DNA of 64,000 nt, taken from NCBI GenBank assembly GCA_963990035.1, contig CAXDMJ010000002.1, positions 3,441-67,440 of the forward strand, given 5' to 3'. The position numbers and the translations under genes were made by a program. Origin of the DNA: an uncultured Candidatus Poseidoniales archaeon (GTDB taxonomy: Archaea; Thermoplasmatota; Poseidoniia; Poseidoniales; Thalassarchaeaceae). The notes under the pieces were generated by a model that saw only the letters and a list, made by a program, of their open reading frames with translations, had not been told where the DNA came from and ran no database searches. Below, in pieces: positions 1 to 9,231 of the stretch. Position 1 is the first letter of the stretch. Each line of letters starts with the position of its first letter.

Positions 1-356
1 AAGGTCTTGAATCCCAAAGAACTAATCGTCTTTACCCTGAGCAAGAAAAATCTTCTTATGTTTCAAAATGTTTTGGCGATGAGGTCACTACAATCGCTGT
101 CTCAGATTATATAATTGCGGTTCCAGAAATGATTCAACGCTGGGTTGGCGGAAATTATGTAGTTCTGGGAACTGATGGTTTTGGTCGTTCAGATGATCGT
201 TCAGAACTAAGAAGATTTTTTGAGATTGATACAGAAAGTATAGTTCTAGCGACAATTTCCGCATTAGAAAGAGAGGGACTAGTTAAGACAGGACTTACAG
301 AAGAGATAGTTACTAAATTTAAGATATCTAGAAAAAGAATTGATAAGACTAATTAA
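1..356 (+). CDS. aceE: 3' fragment of pyruvate dehydrogenase E1 component (homodimeric AceE type); 5' end lies outside the window
   Basis: The frame-3 translation ends '...VLGTDGFGRSDDRSELRRFFEIDTESIVLATISALEREGLVKTG', which matches the conserved C-terminus of AceE-type E1 ('GTDGFGRSD...R..F'). The open frame runs to position 1. Confidence 0.6.
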   Translation, partial: GLESQRTNRLYPEQEKSSYVSKCFGDEVTTIAVSDYIIAVPEMIQRWVGGNYVVLGTDGFGRSDDRSELRRFFEIDTESIVLATISALEREGLVKTGLTEEIVTKFKISRKRIDKTN

Positions 357-760
357 TTTTTATCACTAAATTTTATATCAATATCCATTGATTTACTGAC
401 TGAATGACATACTGGACAATCACATCCTTCGGCAATTAGCCATTTTCGGTCATCTGAGTTGAGACTTTTCGGTAGTTTTATTCTTATTTCTAATCTACTA
501 ATTCTTCGAGGATTTACTGCCATGATTTTCTCTACATCTCCGTACATACTATCAATCTGAATATTCTTTTCCCTAGCCCTAATTCCAATTATAGTCATTA
601 TACAAGTTAACATAGATGTTGCCAATAAATCAGTTGGTGAAAATGATTCTCCTCTACCTTGATTATCAATAGGGGCATCTGTAATTATTTTTTTACCTGA
701 GGGAGTATGTGTTGCAATACAACGTAACCCTCCTTCATATTTCACTTCAATTCTAACCAT
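353..760 (-). CDS. OsmC/Ohr-family peroxiredoxin-like protein
   Basis: 135 aa. Carries the OsmC-like core 'GESFSPTDLLATSMLTCIMTII' and two conserved Cys. Its start abuts the stop of the next gene (760/761). Confidence 0.65.
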   Translation of the reverse strand: MVRIEVKYEGGLRCIATHTPSGKKIITDAPIDNQGRGESFSPTDLLATSMLTCIMTIIGIRAREKNIQIDSMYGDVEKIMAVNPRRISRLEIRIKLPKSLNSDDRKWLIAEGCDCPVCHSVSKSMDIDIKFSDKN

Positions 761-1480
761 TCAATTACCACCTAAGCTTTGTAAAACTGAAGAATTTAGA
801 GAGAAATTATGTTCCAACGCCTCTTCTATACTCACCCAATCGGGAGTACTCCCATCAATCCAGTCATATCTATGACCAGGTATGAGCCTCCATTCTTGAG
901 GGAGTTCTCTAAGTAAATTGCGAGCATATAGGATGCTATTCCATTGCGCTGAAGGGTCGCTACCTGGTAAGTCAACCCTGCCGCTATGAGCTGTAAAAAG
1001 AAGGTCACCAGCATGATATACGCCATGCCCATGAATAGTGACATGCCCAGGAGCATGCCCAGGAGAGTGTGTTATATCCAAACTAATCCCTCCTGCCGAC
1101 CATTTCACTGTAGTATCTGCATTATTATCCCATATGTTTGTAAAATCAACTTTCTTGAAGACAACATGTGCCAGAAGTCCCGATACGCCAGCATCTTTGT
1201 GACCCCATACTTCAATTTCTGGAACAAGTTTTATCATATCTGAATATCCTTCGACATGGTCTCTGTGAGTATGGGTATAGAGTAAATGAGTAGGTCGCAA
1301 ACCCTCATTTTCTAATGCTTTCACCCATCTTTTCGAATCAAAAGGGTCAACAATAGCGACTGTACCAGTAGAACGATTTATCCATGCAGTATTCATATTC
1401 ATATAATTACCCATTTGTGTAACCCAAACCTCAACGCCATTTCCCTCATCACGGATATCAAACTCTCCCTCTGCAAGCAT
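761..1480 (-). CDS. Metallo-beta-lactamase-fold hydrolase
   Basis: MBL motif 'HTHTHRDHVEGY' (HxHxDH) plus downstream His residues ('HSPGHAPGHV', 'YHAGD'). Confidence 0.75.
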   Translation of the reverse strand: MLAEGEFDIRDEGNGVEVWVTQMGNYMNMNTAWINRSTGTVAIVDPFDSKRWVKALENEGLRPTHLLYTHTHRDHVEGYSDMIKLVPEIEVWGHKDAGVSGLLAHVVFKKVDFTNIWDNNADTTVKWSAGGISLDITHSPGHAPGHVTIHGHGVYHAGDLLFTAHSGRVDLPGSDPSAQWNSILYARNLLRELPQEWRLIPGHRYDWIDGSTPDWVSIEEALEHNFSLNSSVLQSLGGN

Positions 1481-1675
1481 ATGACATATCCAAGTGTACC
1501 TACTGCATAGCCATACCGGCTTACATTCAAAGGAGAGGTTTCATAGCGAACTCTGTAAGTCGAAGCGTGTGAATCAAGTGCTGACTCCATTCACTGAAGA
1601 AAAGGCTCTTACAGCAGTAATCCTACTTCACAGTGTATTATCATCAGTCCGAGAGTAAATAATGGAGATACTTCA

Positions 1676-4528
1676 ATGGAATATGATATACAGCAAATAG
1701 AAGCCCATTGGCAAAAACAATGGAAAAATAATAAGATATTTTCTGTCAATATAGATCATTCAAAACCTAAATTTTACTGTCTTGAAATGTTTCCTTATCC
1801 CTCAGGTAATATGCATATGGGGCATGTTAGAAACTATTCCATTGGAGATGCAATGGCTAGATTTCAAAGATTAATGGGTAAAAATGTTCTATACCCAATG
1901 GGCTATGACTCATTTGGAATGCCTGCAGAAAATGCAGCTAAGAAAGAAGGCGGGCATCCGCATAATGTTACTGAAAGAAATATAGCAATGATTCGAACCG
2001 ATCAGGAAAGAATGGGCTATTCTTATGATTGGAGTCGCACTTTTGCTACATCCACTCCCGAATATTATCGTTGGAATCAAGAAATTTTCATTCGATTCTA
2101 TGAAGCTGGACTAGTTGAAAGACGTTTTGCTCCAGTAAATTGGTGTAATGATTGTGATACTGTACTTGCTAACGAACAAGTCAAGAATAATCGATGCTGG
2201 CGTTGCGGTTTAGAAGTAGTTCAGAAAGATATGGCACAATGGTTTTTACGTATGACTGAATATGCTGATGAACTACTTGATGATTTAGATAATATTGATT
2301 TTCCAGAGAATGTTAAAGCAATGCAACGTAACTGGATTGGGCGTTCCCATGGTGCTCATATTGATTTCCCTATAGTTGGAGAAGATACTGTAATTGGGGC
2401 ATTTACTACTCGACCAGATACTATATTTGGAGTGACATTCCTTACTTTATCGCCAGAACATCCTCTTTGTGAGTTACTTGTTACAGGAACAGAATATGAA
2501 AAAGGTTGGAAAGATCTTCGCGATGAGTGCTCAAAAATGTCAGAGTTTGAAAGAATTAATATGCTTAAAGAAAAGAAAGGAGTCCCCTTAGGAAGAGACG
2601 CAGTTAACCCCTTGAGTGGCGAAAAGGTTCCTATATTTGCAGGTAATTTTGTAGTTGCTAGTTATGGTACTGGTGCAGTAATGGCAGTACCAGGGCATGA
2701 TCAGAGAGATTATGACTTCGCTAAAAAATATGGGCTTCCAATCAAGCCTGTACTTTCTAGAACTAATGGCGCGGAAGCAATTGAAGAAAATCCAGTATTA
2801 GATTCTCTTGGATATATGACAAATTCTTCTCGGGAAGGATTTGATGGATTATTTGGAGATGATGCGAAAGATGCAGTTATCAAAATTCTTGAGTCCGAAG
2901 GAGCGGGTCATGGTACGGTTCAATATAGGTTGAAAGATTGGTTATTGAGTCGCCAGAGATTTTGGGGTACTCCAATACCAATGCTTCATTGTGAGTCCTG
3001 TGGCGTGGTTCCAGTTAAATCTCAAGATCTTCCTGTTGAGTTACCTCTAGATGTCAAATTTAGTTGGGGTGAGAGTGGCAATCCTCTTGCCTCTAGTGAT
3101 AACTTCCTATCTACAAACTGTTCACAATGTGGAGGTCCTGCAAAGCGTGAAACAGATACTATGGATACATTTTATGATTCTTCCTGGTATTTCTTAAGGT
3201 ATGGTGATTCTAATAATAAGAGTGAACCTTTTGATCGAGAAGCCATAGATTATTGGATGGATGGAGGTATTGATTTGTATATTGGTGGGATTGAGCATGC
3301 CGTCATGCATCTTCTTTATGCGAGATTTTTCACTAAAGCCATGAGGGATCTTGGCATGAATACAACAGGCGAACCGTTCGGACAACTAGTATGTCAAGGA
3401 ATGTTAAATGCCCCGGCTCCTTTCTGTATCGAATGTAATACTGAATATCATATTGATAATTTTGATGGAGACTGTCCATCTTGTAGCAAAGTTCTAGGAA
3501 CTAGGCAGGCCAAGATGAGTAAATCGCTAGGGAATACTGTAAGTCCGGGCCTTATGGTAGATAAATATGGAGCAGATACAGTTCGCCTATTCATCCTATT
3601 CGGGGCTAATCCGGAAGCAGGTATGGATTGGTCAGACAATGCGATCGTATCTAATTCTCGTCAAATGCAATCATTAATTGAGGCATTTGAATCATCTATA
3701 AGTTTTGATAATTCTCCAAAACCAATTGATAATTGGATTTTAGCTAGAATGCGTCTTAATCATTCTAAATGGAAAATAGCAATGGAAAATGTTAGTTTAC
3801 GCGAAGGTGTAATGATTAGTCACTTTGATATGCTCTCTGATTGGCATTGGTATAGACGAAGAGGTGGTTCAGATGCGAATACTGCCAAGAACTTCTTCAC
3901 TAACTGGATACCAATGCTAGCTCCAGCAACTCCTCATATTGCAGAAGAATTTTGGTCAAAGATAGGTGGACAAGAAATGGTAAGTGAACTATCTATCAAA
4001 GATCTGAAGATACATGAAGATGACCTTACTTATCTTGCAAAAGAAAGCTATCTTCGAAATTTGATAGATAGTTCAAGAAATATTAAAGGGCTCGCTCAGA
4101 GACATTCAGAGACTACAATATCTAGTTGCATAATACAAACAGCTCCTGATTGGAAAAATTCTTTAGCATCCGCTGCAATTTCTCTCAAATCATCCGATTT
4201 TGATTTTAAGAAGAACGGGCAAGATTATGTTAAATCTTTAGATATATTTAGTATTGATAAATTACGAGGTGAGATATTTCAATCATGGCAAGCATTGACA
4301 TTAGGAAATAAGAAAAATCGCGGAAAAATATATACTTGGTCGGAAGGTGAAATTTCACTCATATGTTCTAAATTCAATGAAACAGAATTAATTAATGACA
4401 ATGCTAATTTCATTGCTCAAGCACTTTCCGTTGACTCTGTAAAGTCGTATAAGGTAGGGGATGGCGATGATGTTGCAGGAAAGGCTCGAGTCTCATCTCC
4501 ATTAGATCCAGGCATTGCATTTCTCTAA
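1676..4528 (+). CDS. leuS: Leucyl-tRNA synthetase, archaeal/eukaryal type
   Basis: 950 aa. Class I motifs 'HMGHVRNYSIGD' (HIGH) and 'KMSKS', and a Zn-binding 'CNDCDT...CWRCG'. Confidence 0.95.
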   Translation: MEYDIQQIEAHWQKQWKNNKIFSVNIDHSKPKFYCLEMFPYPSGNMHMGHVRNYSIGDAMARFQRLMGKNVLYPMGYDSFGMPAENAAKKEGGHPHNVTERNIAMIRTDQERMGYSYDWSRTFATSTPEYYRWNQEIFIRFYEAGLVERRFAPVNWCNDCDTVLANEQVKNNRCWRCGLEVVQKDMAQWFLRMTEYADELLDDLDNIDFPENVKAMQRNWIGRSHGAHIDFPIVGEDTVIGAFTTRPDTIFGVTFLTLSPEHPLCELLVTGTEYEKGWKDLRDECSKMSEFERINMLKEKKGVPLGRDAVNPLSGEKVPIFAGNFVVASYGTGAVMAVPGHDQRDYDFAKKYGLPIKPVLSRTNGAEAIEENPVLDSLGYMTNSSREGFDGLFGDDAKDAVIKILESEGAGHGTVQYRLKDWLLSRQRFWGTPIPMLHCESCGVVPVKSQDLPVELPLDVKFSWGESGNPLASSDNFLSTNCSQCGGPAKRETDTMDTFYDSSWYFLRYGDSNNKSEPFDREAIDYWMDGGIDLYIGGIEHAVMHLLYARFFTKAMRDLGMNTTGEPFGQLVCQGMLNAPAPFCIECNTEYHIDNFDGDCPSCSKVLGTRQAKMSKSLGNTVSPGLMVDKYGADTVRLFILFGANPEAGMDWSDNAIVSNSRQMQSLIEAFESSISFDNSPKPIDNWILARMRLNHSKWKIAMENVSLREGVMISHFDMLSDWHWYRRRGGSDANTAKNFFTNWIPMLAPATPHIAEEFWSKIGGQEMVSELSIKDLKIHEDDLTYLAKESYLRNLIDSSRNIKGLAQRHSETTISSCIIQTAPDWKNSLASAAISLKSSDFDFKKNGQDYVKSLDIFSIDKLRGEIFQSWQALTLGNKKNRGKIYTWSEGEISLICSKFNETELINDNANFIAQALSVDSVKSYKVGDGDDVAGKARVSSPLDPGIAFL

Positions 4529-4545
4529 CAAATTCTATTTCTCTC

Positions 4546-5649
4546 ATGACTTCACACGGTGGGTTCATGTTGCAACTTCGCTTCGAAGGTCCGTTGAGCG
4601 AACAAGATGAGGGTAAAAAGCGGCAAAAGCGTCGTTCTCGTCAGCGCCGAAAAAGTGGACAAAAGAATACTTTAGAAACTAATTCCGGTGGAGACGATGA
4701 GGCTATACAGCGTGCTCTATCGAGATTTTCAGTAGATCCCCCACCGATGGGGTTCTCTCAAGATATAGATCCACCTGCTAGGATTGTAAATGTCAAATGG
4801 AAGTTAAATGCAGTTAAAAAATCAGTTCAAACTAAAGCAAGTCCTTTAGTTTGTTCACCTGGTGAATTCGGCTTTCTTCCTGAAGAAAGAGTCCAAGAAA
4901 TTGCTGAAAAAATCAAAAAATTAGACATTACTCTCGAACAATCTCTTTCATTACGTAGCGCCTTAAATCAAGAAAAAAGTGTATATTCACATGGTCGTTT
5001 AATGAGTCGTGCCAATGAATTGAAGAGAAGATATGATAGTGGAGAAAGTGTTCTTTCACTTTCTACTCGATTTGATGCACCACCAGTAAATGTATTCAGA
5101 GCAATATTGACTGGACGAGGATGGTCTAAAAATAAAATTAAGGAGACTCTCAAGGCACCAAGTAAAATGAATGAAAAAGATCGTGAACAATTCCAATTAG
5201 CTGAATCCGCAGATCGTGTTAGTTCGGTGAATCAATCTGAAACTCAAAACGCAGCTGAAGTTTTTGAAGATATATTATGTGACTATTTTTCCTCTCTTAA
5301 TGTTCGATTCCGCCGTCAAGAAGATTTACTCGACGAACAAAAGAAATCCGAAGGCAGAGCAATAATAACTCCTGATTTATTATTATTAGATGACGTAAGA
5401 ATAAATGGGATTCCTTGTGCTTGGATTGATGCAAAACACTTCTTTGGTGCTGATTTAAGATTCCCCAAGAAAAAAACTCAGAAGCAAGTTGATAGATATG
5501 TAAATGAATATGGTCAAGGGGCTATTGTGTATAGGCATGGTTTTTGTGAAAGTTTGAAATTGAAAGGCGCAATTTTACTTGATTCCAGTCCATTAGATTT
5601 AGAACCACTAGCTACATTTCATGAGAATATCAGAGCTAATTCAGAATAA
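4546..5649 (+). CDS. Hypothetical protein with basic N-terminus and C-terminal TPD / PD-(D/E)XK nuclease-like motif
   Basis: N-terminal 'KKRQKRRSRQRRKSGQK'. The C-terminus carries 'TPDLLLLDDVRINGIPCAWIDAKHFFG', which fits the PD...(D/E)xK pattern. It sits 18 nt after leuS on the same strand. Confidence 0.5.
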   Translation: MTSHGGFMLQLRFEGPLSEQDEGKKRQKRRSRQRRKSGQKNTLETNSGGDDEAIQRALSRFSVDPPPMGFSQDIDPPARIVNVKWKLNAVKKSVQTKASPLVCSPGEFGFLPEERVQEIAEKIKKLDITLEQSLSLRSALNQEKSVYSHGRLMSRANELKRRYDSGESVLSLSTRFDAPPVNVFRAILTGRGWSKNKIKETLKAPSKMNEKDREQFQLAESADRVSSVNQSETQNAAEVFEDILCDYFSSLNVRFRRQEDLLDEQKKSEGRAIITPDLLLLDDVRINGIPCAWIDAKHFFGADLRFPKKKTQKQVDRYVNEYGQGAIVYRHGFCESLKLKGAILLDSSPLDLEPLATFHENIRANSE

Positions 5650-6636
5650 TTTTCGAATTTTTGTTTTTTGAGTTATGAAACCTATCTTATTTAGTTCATA
5701 GATTAGTTCAGATAATTCAGAATATTTTTTTTCCTCTATTCTCTTAGGTACAATAACTATACTTTCTCCTAACATGCATAAAAGTGGTTTAACTTCTAAT
5801 GATAATGAATTAATGATATTTTCAGCGTCTTTAAGTAATTCGAATCTACTTGAATCTGAAAGTAAACCACTTTCTTTAGCGAAATTTTCAGTTCTTTCTA
5901 ATAATTCGAGCCAACGTCCTTTATTCCAATCATCTTTCATTAGTTCATTCATTTGTTTCATACCCGCTTTACTGATAGATTCTTTCCATAAAGGAGCATC
6001 AATATATGATGAAGTATGTTTTCCTGAATCTTTTTTCCAAGCTAAGATAACCTCTATATCTTCAAACCAACCATCTGATTTTCCAGGGCCTTTAGTTAGT
6101 AATTCACCGCTAAATGGTGAGCCAGGTGATATTCTCCTCTCAACACCACCTGCTGCTAAAGCTGTAACATCACCCAATCCTGTTGACATGCTTCTTTCAA
6201 CTCGGTGTGAAATCGCTAAAGAACGTCTCAAACTTTCTTCATGAGGCTCCCCAATCGCCCTTTGAAATGCCATAGCCGCCGAGATAGCTCCTGCTGCAGA
6301 CATTCCAAAACCTTGAGATATCGGTAATTTTAATTTTACAGCCAAATCCCAACTATAATTATTGATATCGGTTATATCTTTAGCTAATAATTTTAGAACT
6401 TTTTCATATAATTCTGAATCCCCACTTCCTTGAATAAATTCAACATTAATACCAAAACTCCCTTCAATCCCTCTTGCAATAGCCTCAACTCCATGTTCTA
6501 GACATAGTCCAACACCCAAACTTCCCTGTTGATCTAAATCTGTAGAATCATCATTAACTGTGAAAATAAGTGTGACATGCGAACCTGACTCACCACGTCC
6601 CAATAGAACGGTCATACTAATGCGTCCAATATCCAA
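5641..6636 (-). CDS. GHMP-family kinase; substrate unknown (pantoate kinase-like or shikimate kinase-like is possible)
   Basis: 331 aa with a GHMP ATP-binding loop 'PISQGFGMSAAGAISAAMAF' and an N-terminal GHMP fold signature. Confidence 0.55.
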   Translation of the reverse strand: MDIGRISMTVLLGRGESGSHVTLIFTVNDDSTDLDQQGSLGVGLCLEHGVEAIARGIEGSFGINVEFIQGSGDSELYEKVLKLLAKDITDINNYSWDLAVKLKLPISQGFGMSAAGAISAAMAFQRAIGEPHEESLRRSLAISHRVERSMSTGLGDVTALAAGGVERRISPGSPFSGELLTKGPGKSDGWFEDIEVILAWKKDSGKHTSSYIDAPLWKESISKAGMKQMNELMKDDWNKGRWLELLERTENFAKESGLLSDSSRFELLKDAENIINSLSLEVKPLLCMLGESIVIVPKRIEEKKYSELSELIYELNKIGFITQKTKIRKLF

Positions 6637-6659
6637 GTGAATAAATGCTTGTCAACTAA

Positions 6660-7544
6660 TCAGAATACTGCATCAGAATCTTGTTCAATTGCATTGAATC
6701 TTCCTGCTAATTCTTTTGCAGCCATATTAAATGCAGTTCTTGGAGTCATTGAACCATCCGTCTCAAAACTCAAAATAAATTCTCTAGGTACTTCTTCAAG
6801 AGAAATTGCATTTTTGAAACTTTTAGACTCTTCAGTTCCTTCACCTACATGATGTAGTTGTTTCTTTAATTCTTGTACTTTCTGAAAATCTTCTAACTTT
6901 CCATCAGTAAAATCTTTTGCTGTAATTCCTAATTTTAAATCCCATAACATTTTTGCTTTTGTTTTGTTATTAATTACACCAATTCGATTCGCTTCAAAAG
7001 TAACGCCACAAGCAGGAGACCATTTTGCATGATCTCTCCCTCTACCCATAATTGCTGTTGCATAGAATTCAACCATTTGTCCACGGAAAAGTTTTGTAAT
7101 TGGTATTGTTTTGTATAGTTCTGGGATTTCTAAAGTAGCATCTCCAAGATAATTCAAATCTCTTGCGGTAACCATTGTCCCTTCTTCACTTCCGAATGCT
7201 TTACATGTGTAAATCATAGTACACATAGGGCAACCTCGATCTTCTTCTACAAGTTCTTTACAGTTAGGGCATTCATCTTGGAAATGAAACTCTTCATGAC
7301 GAGTTGGTATTGGAATCATTGCAAGTCTTTGTGCAATCATTTCGTCAGGAAGTGGACCGTTAGTCTCCCAAATAACATCTTCTTGTTCAATAGTTCCCAT
7401 TTCGAAACGAACAGTTTCTATAGCCATTTTTGGAGTATCTGAAACTAAAGACCTTCTAATTGAGTTAACAAACGCTCTGTCAGTATCAGCCAAGAGAATC
7501 TTGATTTTATCATCAGTTTCTTCAATAATTGTAACTTTAACCAT
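6660..7544 (-). CDS. rpoD: DNA-directed RNA polymerase subunit D (Rpo3, Rpb3 homologue) with 4Fe-4S cysteine cluster
   Basis: 'MVKVTIIEETDDKIKILL...FVNSIRRSL' plus a Cys cluster 'CPNCKELVEEDRGCPMCTMIYTCKA'. It lies downstream of rps11, matching the S13-S4-S11-RpoD order. Confidence 0.9.
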   Translation of the reverse strand: MVKVTIIEETDDKIKILLADTDRAFVNSIRRSLVSDTPKMAIETVRFEMGTIEQEDVIWETNGPLPDEMIAQRLAMIPIPTRHEEFHFQDECPNCKELVEEDRGCPMCTMIYTCKAFGSEEGTMVTARDLNYLGDATLEIPELYKTIPITKLFRGQMVEFYATAIMGRGRDHAKWSPACGVTFEANRIGVINNKTKAKMLWDLKLGITAKDFTDGKLEDFQKVQELKKQLHHVGEGTEESKSFKNAISLEEVPREFILSFETDGSMTPRTAFNMAAKELAGRFNAIEQDSDAVF

Positions 7545-7554
7545 ATTTTACACC

Positions 7555-7938
7555 TCACACTCTTCGGCCACGGCGGCCACCCTTTGCTTTCGTCCCATCA
7601 GTAGGGATTGGAGTAACATCTTCAATACGTGTTATTTGAACACCTGCTCTAGTAAGAGCACGTATAGCAGAAGTTGCCCCTGGTGCATTGTGATTTCTAT
7701 TTCCACCTGCTCCACGATACTTTACAATCACTTGATCAAATTCTTTCTCAGAGAGCATTTCTGCTATTCTCTCAGCAGCACGAGTAGATGCAAATTGTCC
7801 ACCTGAATCGCTTCCACCCTTGGTTACCATACCTCCAGATACTTTGCAGATAGTTTCTGCTCCTGTTAAATCTGTAGCCGTGATAAGCACGTTGTTACTA
7901 GTACTGTAGATATGTAAAATCGCTTTATGTCCCATCAT
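7555..7938 (-). CDS. rps11: 30S ribosomal protein S11 (uS11)
   Basis: 127 aa with the uS11 signature 'KYRGAGGNRNHNAPGATSAIRAL'. Its ATG overlaps the stop of rps4 as ATGA, which implies translational coupling. Confidence 0.9.
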   Translation of the reverse strand: MMGHKAILHIYSTSNNVLITATDLTGAETICKVSGGMVTKGGSDSGGQFASTRAAERIAEMLSEKEFDQVIVKYRGAGGNRNHNAPGATSAIRALTRAGVQITRIEDVTPIPTDGTKAKGGRRGRRV

Positions 7939-8642
7939 TTACCCCCCTTAGGAATAGTTTCTTCTATTTTTGGAGCATTTGAAGCATCTTTCTTTATTTG
8001 CTCAACGAATTCTTCAGTAGCGGCTTTTGGTCCTCCTACTTCTTCAGTAGCAGCATTAGCTCCTCCTACTTCTTCAGGTTCTTCATTCACCATAGTTAGC
8101 CTTAATTTTTCCATTTCTACTCTAAATGGATGATTTGGGTCATTGTATACTGAATTAGACGAATAACGTAACATTTCTTCTTCTTGCTTTCTAATATGAT
8201 ATCCGGGAACTGTCATACGTTGTTCGTCTATAGACACGTGCCCATGAACAATCATATTTCTTGCAGCCCGCATAGTTGGTGCTAGGCCTCTGTAGTAAAC
8301 AACTGATTGAAGTCTTCTAGAGAGCATATGTTCAACGTTTATTTGAAGTACGTCGTCAATATTTGCCCCATCTGGAAGCAAACCTTGTCTACACAATGAA
8401 TTTATCAAATCGGTTTTTTCTCTAGCAAAATGCCCTTCAGTAGTATCAACTCTTCCGATTAGCTTCATTGCTTGATTTCGATGTCTTCGTAGAGATGATT
8501 TCTCTCTCCATATTTCTTTCATTCCACCGACTTTCTTCAATCCATATTTTTCTTTAAGAGCATGCTCTTCATCGATACGAGCTTGTTTCCATGGATGAGT
8601 TGGCGTTTGTGTTTTTGACCTTGCAAATTTAGGATCTCCCAT
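7935..8642 (-). CDS. rps4: 30S ribosomal protein S4 (uS4/S9e type) with an unusual acidic repeat at the C-terminus
   Basis: uS4 core 'MIVHGHVSIDEQRMTVPGYHIRKQEE'. The C-terminal ~60 aa contain the tandem 'EEVGGANAATEEVGGPKAATEEF'. Confidence 0.9.
   Translation of the reverse strand: MGDPKFARSKTQTPTHPWKQARIDEEHALKEKYGLKKVGGMKEIWREKSSLRRHRNQAMKLIGRVDTTEGHFAREKTDLINSLCRQGLLPDGANIDDVLQINVEHMLSRRLQSVVYYRGLAPTMRAARNMIVHGHVSIDEQRMTVPGYHIRKQEEEMLRYSSNSVYNDPNHPFRVEMEKLRLTMVNEEPEEVGGANAATEEVGGPKAATEEFVEQIKKDASNAPKIEETIPKGGK
8014..8075 (-). repeat. Two roughly 30-nt tandem copies encoding 'EEVGG(A/P)(N/K)AAT' in the S4 C-terminal extension
   Basis: Direct repeat 'ttcttcagtagc(g/a)gc(t/a)tt(t/a)g(g/c)tcctcctac' visible on the + strand. 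Confidence 0.6.
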
Positions 8643-8651
8643 AATTACACC

Positions 8652-9116
8652 TCACTTCTTCCTCTGCACACCAAGTGCAGTACCGCTTCTTCCATTACTT
8701 CGTAATCTCTGTCCACGGACTTTATGTCCACTTCTATGTCTTAGGCCACGATATGTTTTCATACCTGCTAAACGTGAAATATCGTCATCTCGAGTCATCC
8801 TAACATCCATTGCTACAAGATGTGCATCTTCGTTTGATTCCAAGTCTCTTTGTCTGTTAACTAACCACCATGGCACGTTAGTTGCATATCCGTCAATTGT
8901 AGTTCTAAGTCTATCTTGCTCAGACTCGTCAAGATGACCTCCAAGTTTTGTTCCATCTACCTCTGCTAATCTACAGAGTTGTTGTGATGTACGCACTCCT
9001 ATGCCTTTAACCGACGCCAAACCAATAGCAATTGGTTTCAATCCGTCTATGTCGCTGTCAGCCATTCTGATAATATAGGAGAAGTCATCTCCAATCTCTT
9101 GTTTTTCTTTACTCAT
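8652..9116 (-). CDS. rps13: 30S ribosomal protein S13 (uS13)
   Basis: 154 aa with the uS13 helix-hairpin-helix 'SVKGIGVRTSQQLCRLAEV' and a basic C-terminal tail. Confidence 0.9.
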   Translation of the reverse strand: MSKEKQEIGDDFSYIIRMADSDIDGLKPIAIGLASVKGIGVRTSQQLCRLAEVDGTKLGGHLDESEQDRLRTTIDGYATNVPWWLVNRQRDLESNEDAHLVAMDVRMTRDDDISRLAGMKTYRGLRHRSGHKVRGQRLRSNGRSGTALGVQRKK

Positions 9117-9231
9117 TGTACGGTTCCCCCGTGTTCACTGTTTCCAGTGGCCTTTACGGCAACCTCGCGACTTACCAGCCCTATTTCAACCCACCCGCTA
9201 ATATTTGGGAGGTAATTTATCCTTAATCTTG
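9117..9231 (-). promoter_or_regulatory. GC-rich structured 5' leader of the rps13-rps4-rps11-rpoD operon (possible autoregulatory element)
   Basis: 115 nt at ~58% GC in a ~40% GC genome. The mRNA-sense strand carries a perfect hairpin 'CACTG-GAAA-CAGTG' (GNRA loop) and a purine-rich 'GGGGGAA' 8 nt before the rps13 ATG. No cloverleaf is present. Confidence 0.3.

Noticed and set aside
9117-9231. Tested the GC-rich segment as a possible tRNA or other small RNA gene on either strand
   Set aside because: I could build no acceptor/T-arm cloverleaf and found no T-loop consensus. It lies exactly between the rps13 start and the upstream gene, so a structured mRNA leader fits better.
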